A stretch of 64,000 nucleotides of DNA from a virus. Its lineage: Duplodnaviria > Caudoviricetes. The notes under the pieces are model-generated. The model did no database searches. It was not told where the DNA came from and saw nothing but the letters and a program-made list of their open reading frames with translations. Every line of letters begins with the position of its first letter. The stretch's first letter is position 1. A program made the translations under genes and the position numbers. The stretch covers positions 62 through 64,061 of IMG/VR virus record IMGVR_UViG_3300018495_000013; one strand, 5' to 3'. This document shows positions 55,737 to 64,000 of this stretch, piece by piece.

Positions 55737-57109
55737 TTATCTCCTTTTTGATTATTTTTTTGTCCTGTGGCGGCTAAACCTGCTTGTTCGGGAGATAGCC
55801 ATCCATTGGTTTGTGCTGTTGTATAGTGGGTATCTTTTGCATTTTGAGCATTCCATTTTTGCAATTCGTTTTCAAAGTCAGTAGGTTTAAAGTCTAATTT
55901 TAAATAGCCTTGCTTGCCTATGCTTTGTAGCCAAAGATTTCCAACATTTTCTATCAAGCGTTTAATATCTCTTTGAATAGCATTTATTTGTTCAATAACT
56001 ACTTTGTATTGTACGCTACCCCAAGTTTCAGTTGTGCCACGAACACGATTAAGTAAAATTGCCATCATTTTAAGACCATTCATTACTTGTGTGTCTGTCA
56101 TATCGGTATATGCTCTAATATCTATACTTCTTGCCGCGTTGCTTGCTCCTGCCGTTTGATTTACAATAATACTATTATCGTGAATAAAATCTTGCATTGC
56201 AGTAAGCGAGTTTAATTGCGTGGTAATATCATTTATAGCATTTTCAATCGCTTCTTTAATTGCTTTTGGGTCGTTCTTTTTATTGTTGGGTAAACTTTCC
56301 CTAATTGCTTTTGTATCAATACTTATATCGTTTCTAGGATAGCCTTGTCTTGCAATAATAGCATCCATAGTAATATAAGAATTTATTTTAAAATCTATTG
56401 CAGAAATCGCAGCTTCTAGCATATATGTTCCGCGTGGGTCATCGGGTTTAGGGTTGGAAGGAACATAAAAAAGATTTGCTTTATCTAATGAAACTTGGTT
56501 TCCGTTTTCATCTTCTTGATAAATTTTCCAAACTACTTCGCCATTATTGTTTTCTGCCTTAAAAATAAAAGTGCTTGTATCCACTATGTATAAACGAGAA
56601 GGACGATTGTTTTTGCCTACAACAAATTCTACCGCCATACCATTTAGTACAATAGCACACCAAGCAAGTTGTTTTATGATTCCATCAAGACCTGTTTCAG
56701 ATATATAGTTACAATTCCTTACAAAATTATTCCATTGTTCTAAAACATCTTTATCTATATTTTTTCCTTGTAAATCTACAAAATGAGTTTCAACGCCTTG
56801 ATTGACAAGATTAACGAAAGACCAAACAGCCATAGAAAAGTCGCTGTCTTTATCTGCTAATAGTTTGCATTTAGCGGCTACTGTTGATTCGCCTCTTAAT
56901 GCACCTAGTATATCTTCTTCATAAGAAGTATTGCTTGTTAGTTCGTCATTACTGTTTTGTATTATAGTTATTCTATTACCAATAGATAGCAATCTTTCGT
57001 TTGCTGAATCTACTATTTTAAGCCACTCGTTCCTTTTTTTAGGCGACAATAAAACCCTTCTCCAAAAAGAAGGTACTAAATTTTTCAATTCTAGTTTTTG
57101 AACTTGCAT
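55733..57109 (-). CDS. Portal protein
   Basis: 458 aa directly after TerL; DDPRG..MLEAA. Confidence 0.82.
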   Translation of the reverse strand: MQVQKLELKNLVPSFWRRVLLSPKKRNEWLKIVDSANERLLSIGNRITIIQNSNDELTSNTSYEEDILGALRGESTVAAKCKLLADKDSDFSMAVWSFVNLVNQGVETHFVDLQGKNIDKDVLEQWNNFVRNCNYISETGLDGIIKQLAWCAIVLNGMAVEFVVGKNNRPSRLYIVDTSTFIFKAENNNGEVVWKIYQEDENGNQVSLDKANLFYVPSNPKPDDPRGTYMLEAAISAIDFKINSYITMDAIIARQGYPRNDISIDTKAIRESLPNNKKNDPKAIKEAIENAINDITTQLNSLTAMQDFIHDNSIIVNQTAGASNAARSIDIRAYTDMTDTQVMNGLKMMAILLNRVRGTTETWGSVQYKVVIEQINAIQRDIKRLIENVGNLWLQSIGKQGYLKLDFKPTDFENELQKWNAQNAKDTHYTTAQTNGWLSPEQAGLAATGQKNNQKGDK

Positions 57110-57118
57110 ATTACCTAC

Positions 57119-59068
57119 CTAATATCTTTTACCATAGGCGCATCTATTTGCACTAAAAGATGCGAACCTTGTGGATTTTTGTTGTTGCGTTATAGCACTT
57201 GAGTTTGAGCTACTCATTTTACCGCTATAAAAGTTATTATCTTCGCCATTATCTATTTTATCTTTGAGATAGTCATAATAAGCAAAGTAGCCTGCGGAAA
57301 CTGTATCATCGTGTTCTCCGCTTGTCATATTTCCGTAAATTACTCTACCATTGCTACTTGTCTTAAATCCGTAATCTTCGTGTTCTCTAATCATCCTTTC
57401 GATATTATCATCAGTTTCATAGACTTTCATAAGACCTTGATTTATAGCATCGGTATAATTTTCTACAAGTTTGGCTTTTTCATTGCCTTGTTCGTTGTGT
57501 CCTTCGTTATACAAGCCACTTGCTTCTATTATATCATCCAAGCCACCTGCGCCTGTTCTTCCCCAATGAACACAAGCATCATTGTAATATTTAGATAACT
57601 TTTTTAATTCTTCTACTTGTCTAAAGTAGTCTATTTTTTCAAATATTACAAGTTTTTTTAATATGTTAGTGCCTTTTTCTCTAACCCATACAACACCGCC
57701 GTCAACATATTTAGCAGGGTCGTATCCAATAGAATACTCTGCATTTGGGTTTGGTCGCTCTATTTCAACTACCCATTTCATTTTATCTGCCTGTGTCGCA
57801 AAGTATGGGGTAGGTTGAACTACTTTTTCACGGAAGTTTTTGAACTGATTGCCGTTTTCGTCAGCAAATTCACCCAATATTTCTTCTTGATATTTGTTAG
57901 AAGAATATCTTATCTTTAAACTTTCTTCGTATGTTCTACTTTGCTTTACTACAAATATAGTATCGTCATAGCATATTTCTTCTCCATTGTAAAGTATGCT
58001 AGATATATCGTAGTATTCAGTCTTTACAAGAACATCCGCAAAGTCTTGTTTTTCTAGGTCGTAATGAACTTTAATTCTTTTAACTGCGGTTTTAGAATTA
58101 TCTATACCGCCAATTAGGTTGAAAAATAGTTCAAATACTCCCCTTTCTTCTACAATATCATATTTTTTAAGAAATGTCAACAGGTTAATTCTAATGGTGT
58201 ATGAGTTGCGTTTATGGCGTTTCCATTCTTCTTCTGGGTTATCCCACGCTGTTGCTCTTATGGTTTCAAAATCGCTATCATACGCACCACTATCTTTTAT
58301 ACCATACTGGCAAAGTTTATAAAAATATCCCCTGCCACGAGGAGAACTATTTATTAAGGCTATACCGCCTGTACCATTTATACCTTTCCCTTTACTTGAC
58401 AATCTACGCTCGACATTCGTCCAAACGGTTTCTAGGTCAGGTATTCTTGCTGCTTCTGTTATCCAAGCAATATCAATAGCAACACCAACGAGTGCTTCTT
58501 CATTGAACGCAGACTTAAACTCAATTCTGCCGTTGTTTACTGTTTCTATCCATCTATCTCTTTTGTCAAAAGAAACATTTGTTATAATATCGGCAGGTAA
58601 AACTTTTTTTAGGTAACGCCAGTTTTGTTCTGTTTGAGTTTGCGTAGGAGCAATTACCCAACCAAAAACATTTATGCCGTCATCGTTTTGCCTATCTTCT
58701 TGTAACATTTGCAAAAACTTTAGCGTAAATTCGTGCAAACAAGCGTAGTCCTTACCACTACGCGAAGATGCTTGTGCTATTTTATATCTTGCTTGGCTAT
58801 TGTGAAATTTTTGTTGCCACGGATATGGTTGATATTTACTTAAATCGGCGGTAACACTTTTATCTGCGCTTTTCTTTGCTTGTCTACCTTTCTTCATCCT
58901 ACAAGCGTTACAAGTAGTAAAAGAAGTCCACCTATTTTGATTTTTAATATATGTTTGCCTAAATTGCTTGCCGCATTCTGTACAAATAGCAACAGGCTGT
59001 TTGTATTTTTCGCCTGTTACAATTCGCATTGTTGCATTATGGGAAGTTTCTAGGTCTGTTAATTTCAT
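57119..59068 (-). CDS. terL: Terminase large subunit with N-terminal Zn finger and ~100 aa insertion
   Basis: Walker A SRSGKD, Walker B WITEAA, SSPRG, IGYDPA, HDDTV. Confidence 0.9.
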   Translation of the reverse strand: MKLTDLETSHNATMRIVTGEKYKQPVAICTECGKQFRQTYIKNQNRWTSFTTCNACRMKKGRQAKKSADKSVTADLSKYQPYPWQQKFHNSQARYKIAQASSRSGKDYACLHEFTLKFLQMLQEDRQNDDGINVFGWVIAPTQTQTEQNWRYLKKVLPADIITNVSFDKRDRWIETVNNGRIEFKSAFNEEALVGVAIDIAWITEAARIPDLETVWTNVERRLSSKGKGINGTGGIALINSSPRGRGYFYKLCQYGIKDSGAYDSDFETIRATAWDNPEEEWKRHKRNSYTIRINLLTFLKKYDIVEERGVFELFFNLIGGIDNSKTAVKRIKVHYDLEKQDFADVLVKTEYYDISSILYNGEEICYDDTIFVVKQSRTYEESLKIRYSSNKYQEEILGEFADENGNQFKNFREKVVQPTPYFATQADKMKWVVEIERPNPNAEYSIGYDPAKYVDGGVVWVREKGTNILKKLVIFEKIDYFRQVEELKKLSKYYNDACVHWGRTGAGGLDDIIEASGLYNEGHNEQGNEKAKLVENYTDAINQGLMKVYETDDNIERMIREHEDYGFKTSSNGRVIYGNMTSGEHDDTVSAGYFAYYDYLKDKIDNGEDNNFYSGKMSSSNSSAITQQQKSTRFASFSANRCAYGKRY

Positions 59069-59070
59069 AA

Positions 59071-59625
59071 TTAGTTATAGGTTATAGTTCCAAAGTTTGC
59101 TAGTATCTTAATATCTCTCTTTGAGTTTTTACCGCCAGTTTGAATTTGCTCTTGAAGAACAGCACGCTTATCCATAATAACACCAGCATATACTGCAAAG
59201 TTCTTCATAACCATAGAAAACTCTAAATAGTTTCCTGTTTCAAGTGCCTTTGCCATAGCCGCTTGTAAAACTTTTGTGGTATCTACTTCATTTATACCAG
59301 TTAAAAGGTTATCCATTGCCGTTGTCAATTTTTCAAGAAGTTTAATATTCTTAATGCTTTGGTCGGCTTTAGTAACCCTGCTTATTTGTGCTATTTGTTT
59401 TTCTATTTCTGCTATTTCAGCATATTTTTTAGAGTATTGGCTAAACTCAATATTGTTTTCTTTTAGTATGGTAGTGCTTGCTATTTCCGCAGTACCGTCA
59501 TCACTTAAAATAATATCTTCGGGCTTTACTTCTATCTCAACATTAGACATAGCCGCTTCTCCTAAAGCGGTAAAACCTTCTGCTATTGGGCTTTCAATTC
59601 TTTCTTCTTTTCTTCTTCTACCCAT
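59071..59625 (-). CDS. Probable terminase small subunit
   Basis: Immediately upstream of TerL; helical. Confidence 0.45.
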   Translation of the reverse strand: MGRRRKEERIESPIAEGFTALGEAAMSNVEIEVKPEDIILSDDGTAEIASTTILKENNIEFSQYSKKYAEIAEIEKQIAQISRVTKADQSIKNIKLLEKLTTAMDNLLTGINEVDTTKVLQAAMAKALETGNYLEFSMVMKNFAVYAGVIMDKRAVLQEQIQTGGKNSKRDIKILANFGTITYN

Positions 59626-60194
59626 TATAAGTGTTTCCTGTTTCCAATCTTGATTTCGTGCAATTCTGTTTTTGCAAACAATTTGTCGCTAAACAGGTAT
59701 CTTCTTACATCATCTTTGTTCGTGAACTCGTCAATACACATATTTATAAAATCTTGTATTGTAAGTTCTTGCTCTGTAAAGTAATGCCATCTTGCTAACC
59801 CACTTAATACATTACTTGGAATTACTATGTCTTTATTTATATCAATATAGTCGCAAGCATTTAATATTTCAGGTATAAATTCTTTTGCAACATTTATTTG
59901 TTTTTGTTCTTGTAAAGGTTCTCCTTTTAGCCAAGCCTTAACTACATTTGCAGGAACATAATACTTATTATTACCTAATGCAGATTTCCCTTCATATATA
60001 TATGGTAACAACGGCTTTATTTCTTGCGGTAATTTATTGAACCCATCTTGTGTAATACTATCGCTGTGGTCTAATATTCCTTCCCAATATTCTTTTTCTT
60101 CTTCAGAAATATCACAAGAAAATATTAAGTTTTTTATATTATATGCTCCGTTCTCAAACAATTCACTTGAGTGCGTTACATTGTCTTTTCTCAT
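59625..60194 (-). CDS. Hypothetical protein
   Basis: Overlap-coupled ORF. Confidence 0.7.
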   Translation of the reverse strand: MRKDNVTHSSELFENGAYNIKNLIFSCDISEEEKEYWEGILDHSDSITQDGFNKLPQEIKPLLPYIYEGKSALGNNKYYVPANVVKAWLKGEPLQEQKQINVAKEFIPEILNACDYIDINKDIVIPSNVLSGLARWHYFTEQELTIQDFINMCIDEFTNKDDVRRYLFSDKLFAKTELHEIKIGNRKHL

Positions 60195-60427
60195 TTATTT
60201 GTTTTAACGGTCTTAATATTGCTAGACTTATTACCATATTGAGCATACGCAACTACTTCTTGTACAAATTCTTCCATATTTTTTTCAACATCGTCTGCGC
60301 CCATTCTAACAATGCTGTTGCCAACATCAATTTGTAAAGTACCACGTTGTTTATCCCATAATATTTTGTGTATGTTGCCTTCCTTATAAATCTCAATAAA
60401 AGTATTATCATTGTTTATTAAAACCAT
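60191..60427 (-). CDS. Hypothetical protein
   Basis: AAGGAG SD-led. Confidence 0.65.
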   Translation of the reverse strand: MVLINNDNTFIEIYKEGNIHKILWDKQRGTLQIDVGNSIVRMGADDVEKNMEEFVQEVVAYAQYGNKSSNIKTVKTNK

Positions 60428-60551
60428 ATTATATGAATACTCCTTAATAAAGTGCTAGCGGCTAATTTTACGATAAACCGCCGCCAAGTTTTATCAACCT
60501 AACAATTAAGAATGCACCGAGATTATTGTTTAGGAACGATTATGTGGATTG

Positions 60552-60626
60552 TGGAGGCAATAGTAAGAATCGAACTTACAACCAGTTGGTTACAAATCAA
60601 CTGCTCTACCTTTGAGCCATATTGCC
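60552..60626 (-). tRNA. tRNA-Thr(UGU)
   Basis: GGCAATA/TATTGCC acceptor stem, GCTC/GAGC D-stem, TTTGTAA anticodon loop, GTAAG-TTCGATT-CTTAC T arm, encoded CCA. Confidence 0.9.
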
Positions 60627-60770
60627 ACAGATATAGATTTCAGCCTACACGATTTCATTTTAACAATATATTTTTCAAGAAACTAAAACCTATACCGCTT
60701 CGTTAGTGAAGAAACTGCAACAAATTCATCAAGAAGTCTTGTTGCTAACCCTTTTGTCTTGACAATTTTA

Positions 60771-60799
60771 ATTATAAAGGCACTTTAACGCTTTGTCAA
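60771..60799 (-). promoter_or_regulatory. Sigma70 promoter for the tRNA/packaging operon
   Basis: TTGACA-N17-TATAAT on the minus strand. Confidence 0.85.
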
Positions 60800-60817
60800 T
60801 ACAAAAAAGTAAAATTT

Positions 60818-61477
60818 TTATATTTTTATTTCTCCGTCATAGATTTTCTTTAATATTTCCAGTTTATCTACGCCGTATTTATATGAATATTCGCAATCTT
60901 CGGAAGGGCTTGTTTCCATAATTACATCATAAAACCACTCCAATTTAGCGAGTCTAAACTTTGCCTTGACTGCTTGTGAAACCTTTTTATCGAAGTCGCT
61001 ACCATAATCTCTATAAATAACTTCGGTTTCTTCTATAAGTTTGTCAAACTCAAATATTTTTTTTCTGCACTCTTGCATTTCTTCTAATATTTGTCTTAAA
61101 CATTTATCAGAAAATTCTTGTATTTTTTGCCTTTCTTTTTTTTCTTCTTCTTTTATGAACATTTGTTCTCTTATTTTTACAATTTCTTCCATACTCTCAA
61201 ATTCATTAACTCCGCAATTAAAAATCTTGTCTAATCTATCTATTGCTTCTATTATAGATATGCTAAAATATTGTGCCGTGAAGTCTATAATATCCATAGT
61301 CCTTCCGCAACTAAAACAATGAACTCTGTTTTCGTGTACTATCATAGAAGGTGTTTTATCTTCGTGAAAAGGACACTTAATATACTTGCTATTGTTAGGT
61401 ACTTTAAACCCTAAAAAGTTTAGCAAATCTGACATTGATACTTTGTCTTTTATTTTTTTGATTTTATTATATCCCAT
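60818..61477 (-). CDS. CHC2 zinc-finger (primase ZBD-like) protein without TOPRIM
   Basis: CPFHEDKTPS...HCFSCG. Confidence 0.85.
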   Translation of the reverse strand: MGYNKIKKIKDKVSMSDLLNFLGFKVPNNSKYIKCPFHEDKTPSMIVHENRVHCFSCGRTMDIIDFTAQYFSISIIEAIDRLDKIFNCGVNEFESMEEIVKIREQMFIKEEEKKERQKIQEFSDKCLRQILEEMQECRKKIFEFDKLIEETEVIYRDYGSDFDKKVSQAVKAKFRLAKLEWFYDVIMETSPSEDCEYSYKYGVDKLEILKKIYDGEIKI

Positions 61478-61479
61478 TT

Positions 61480-62502
61480 CTAAAAAGGTAATTTATTACC
61501 ATCTCCTTTCTCTATTTCCAATATTTCGTTTATATTATTCTTTCCATTTTCTTTCAATATCTTTTCGGTTTGAGCCTTTGTTATTTTAGGGGCTTGCCTA
61601 TAAGTTTGAGTTTCTGCATCATATACTATACCAATTATGCCATTTCCATTTCCTTTTGACTTAACGGTGTCTATAAACCCATCGCATTGGTCGAAGTCAT
61701 ATCCATTTATTGCAAGGTCTTTCTTAATATAGTCTAACTCTTTCGCTTGGTCTTTAGTAGGATACAATATATCTTTCCTATATATTATCCATACTCTATA
61801 TGCTTTATTAGTTATATTAGAAGAACCAAAAGCATCTTGAATATTTATGCGCAGATTTTTTGTTTTATGCGTGTGCATTACAAGAACACCAAATATGTCT
61901 TGTTGTACAAAAATATTACGAAGTTTATTTCCTATGTTTGTTTGCTCTTGCCATTGGTTTGCGGAATTGTTGTCGATTTCCATTAGGTTATCTATAACCC
62001 AAAAGCGAATACCAAACTTCTTCCTAGCCATTTGTATTACTTCAATCATTGTATCAATATCTCTTTCTGGCTTTCTTACATCGAATAAAAAAACCTTGCC
62101 GTTGTACATACGATTTATTCTCTTTTCTGCTTTCTCGCTTACAAACCAGTCTACAATGTTTGTGTCGTTGCCTTTCTTGTCCTTATAGGTAATGCCTTCA
62201 AGTTCGTCTTTCTTACTACTCTGTTGCATTAGTAATTGCTTATAAGATTCCAATGAGTGTTCGCCTGCAAACACGCCGACCTTATAATTTTGAGAAACCG
62301 CGCTACGAATAAGTGAACTCGTAAACAAACTCTTACCTACATTCGTTGAGCCAAAGACTTCGGTTAGTCCTGTTTCTATTCCCTTGTTGAAGTAGTCCAA
62401 GTCGGGAAACCCTGTTAATACCCTTTCCTTGCTCTGCCTTATGTATGGTATATCTTCAAATTTGACTAAATAATTATCTAAACTTATCTCGCTCATATCC
62501 AA
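61480..62502 (-). CDS. SF4 replicative helicase (DnaB/T7 gp4-like)
   Basis: TGFPDLD, Walker A GSTNVGKS, Walker B VIDNL, LVMH, GSSNI. Confidence 0.88.
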   Translation of the reverse strand: MDMSEISLDNYLVKFEDIPYIRQSKERVLTGFPDLDYFNKGIETGLTEVFGSTNVGKSLFTSSLIRSAVSQNYKVGVFAGEHSLESYKQLLMQQSSKKDELEGITYKDKKGNDTNIVDWFVSEKAEKRINRMYNGKVFLFDVRKPERDIDTMIEVIQMARKKFGIRFWVIDNLMEIDNNSANQWQEQTNIGNKLRNIFVQQDIFGVLVMHTHKTKNLRINIQDAFGSSNITNKAYRVWIIYRKDILYPTKDQAKELDYIKKDLAINGYDFDQCDGFIDTVKSKGNGNGIIGIVYDAETQTYRQAPKITKAQTEKILKENGKNNINEILEIEKGDGNKLPF

Positions 62503-62515
62503 TCACGCTCCGTTC

Positions 62516-63265
62516 CTACTTCTTCTTTTGGTTATATGCAATGCTGTTTGGTATTTCGTCATCTAGCCACTTACTAAAATATGGTATATATTTAATATCA
62601 ATATCTCTTTCTTTCCAATTCTTAATACTTGCTACAAGTTTAACCCAAATCTCGTTGCCTGTGTCGCGTATTTCTTCTTCTTTCAAGCCATACACCTTAT
62701 GCTCAAAAGTACGAAGTGCCTTTTCCCTTGCTTCTTTTATTGGGTAATTCTTCCATAGCGTTTCAAACACTTCCAAAGCACAAGCATCATTGCGTGTCTT
62801 TTCTACTTTCTTTGCGGAATTAGATTTTGGTGCTTTTTGCCTTGAGGGTGAAGGACTGCCCATTGCTATCGGTTGCATATTGCTCTCGTCTTTCAGAACT
62901 TCCGCAGTAGGTATTACTTCTTCGGGAAGCATATATATTCCTTCCGAGTCTGTTGTAAGCAATGCTTTCTCATCTTTATATATCGTTGACAAGTACCTAT
63001 CTACGCGCAAATAGTTATTCAACTTCCAATGCCTTATTGCAACTATTCCGCTCTTGAACCCGATAACATATCCATTAGAAACAAGCCACTCTAGGTCGTT
63101 CTTTTCTGTTGCTGTTATGCGTGCTATTGTGTTTGGGTTTCCGACAAATCCATCATCGTCTGCGTTCATACATAAATGAAAGTACAAACATTGTGCGCTG
63201 TGCGGTAAACACATAAACCTATCACTTTCCGTGATTGCTTTGTTAAACATTCTTCTCTGTGCCAT
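62516..63265 (-). CDS. Phage replication initiator (replisome organizer)
   Basis: MAQRRMF..SDRF..LP.SAQCLYFHL.MNADDDGFV; C-terminal FETLWKNYP. Confidence 0.88.
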   Translation of the reverse strand: MAQRRMFNKAITESDRFMCLPHSAQCLYFHLCMNADDDGFVGNPNTIARITATEKNDLEWLVSNGYVIGFKSGIVAIRHWKLNNYLRVDRYLSTIYKDEKALLTTDSEGIYMLPEEVIPTAEVLKDESNMQPIAMGSPSPSRQKAPKSNSAKKVEKTRNDACALEVFETLWKNYPIKEAREKALRTFEHKVYGLKEEEIRDTGNEIWVKLVASIKNWKERDIDIKYIPYFSKWLDDEIPNSIAYNQKKK

Positions 63266-63399
63266 TTCCTTTCTCCATTCGCTCTGCTATTCCCATTAGC
63301 ATAGTGGTTATTTTTTTCTGCCTTGAGAACGAGAGAACTTGTATTTTTTTCGTTCTTCTATCAAGGTGCTAACCACCACACCTACGATAGCGTGTTTCC

Positions 63400-63429
63400 A
63401 TAGTAACCCACCATAACCAATTCTGTCAA
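63400..63429 (-). promoter_or_regulatory. Sigma70-type promoter of the replication operon
   Basis: TTGACA-N18-TACTAT on the minus strand. Confidence 0.55.
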
Positions 63430-63938
63430 CCACTTGATACCTATGTTTTACCTTAATTTTACACCAAAAGTGCCTTTGGTATACCCAGTATAGTTTAGTT
63501 TATAGTTAGTATAAAGTTAGTATAGAATATCGAGAGTATATTTTATTTATATAAATATAAAAAAACATACTCTCTGTTTTGCGCGTACGCGCTAGAAAAT
63601 ATATTTTTTGTCTATTTTTGCTCACTCAAATTTGAGTTCGCTCTTTGGCAAATACGAACAAAAGTTCATATTTGCTATATCGTATATACTTTCAGTTCCT
63701 ACCCAAACATAGAGATTTACTACACTTTTTTATTTTTCTTTGCCTTGAGAAGGAATAACTGTGTACCTATTATCTACTCCTCAAGGCACTCATATACAAA
63801 GCAATTACTCATACTTTGCCCATTTCGAGTTCCTTAACCAATTTTACCGACCTACTTATAGCTATCCCATCTCCCTTACTTTTATCCTTTTCATCCCTTT
63901 TAGCACGCACATACGCACGCGCATTTTAGGGCGTTTTT

Positions 63939-64000
63939 CCCCACAAGAGTACCCTTGCGGCTTTTGAGATAGGCATCCCCCCGTACCCTTGCACGCGTGC
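63939..64000. repeat. Terminal direct repeat, right copy (or circular overlap)
   Basis: Identical to 1-62. Confidence 0.95.

Noticed and set aside
57935-58225. Intein in TerL
   Set aside because: No N-terminal C/S block, no C-terminal HN-C/S/T and no LAGLIDADG motif
60430-60551. Theta/HDV-like ribozyme after the tRNA, or the tRNA as attP
   Set aside because: I could not fold a nested double pseudoknot at the tRNA 3' end; the tRNA is full length, has its own promoter and is far from the recombinase
63761-63967. Plus-strand 68 aa ORF
   Set aside because: GTG start without SD in the non-coding terminal region; composition is not protein-like

Overview
The window looks like a complete (or nearly complete) ~63.9 kb AT-rich tailed phage genome of a Bacillota (probably Clostridia-like) host; bases 1-62 recur at 63939-64000. 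The rightward arm (1-29.5 kb) carries many small early ORFs, ArdC, two SSBs, four DNA methyltransferase-like genes, a double-HTH repressor, a tyrosine recombinase, an SMC/SbcC-like ATPase and several nucleases. The leftward arm (63.3-29.7 kb) carries the replication initiator, helicase, tRNA-Thr, terminase, portal, head and siphovirus-type tail genes, LRR/collagen tail fibres and holin-like genes; no endolysin was recognised. The best candidate for a new system is at 29.7-34.4 kb: a 6-TM protein, a leaderless aromatic-rich propeptide and an AgrB-like His/Cys peptidase fused to an HTH, directly upstream of an operator array and a 7-gene low-complexity cassette, which suggests a compact phage peptide-signalling circuit. 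Other highlights are a candidate twister ribozyme, a ~320 nt ncRNA, two covarying kissing-loop attenuators and a family of activator-type promoters. All family calls come from motif recognition by eye; no database searches were run.
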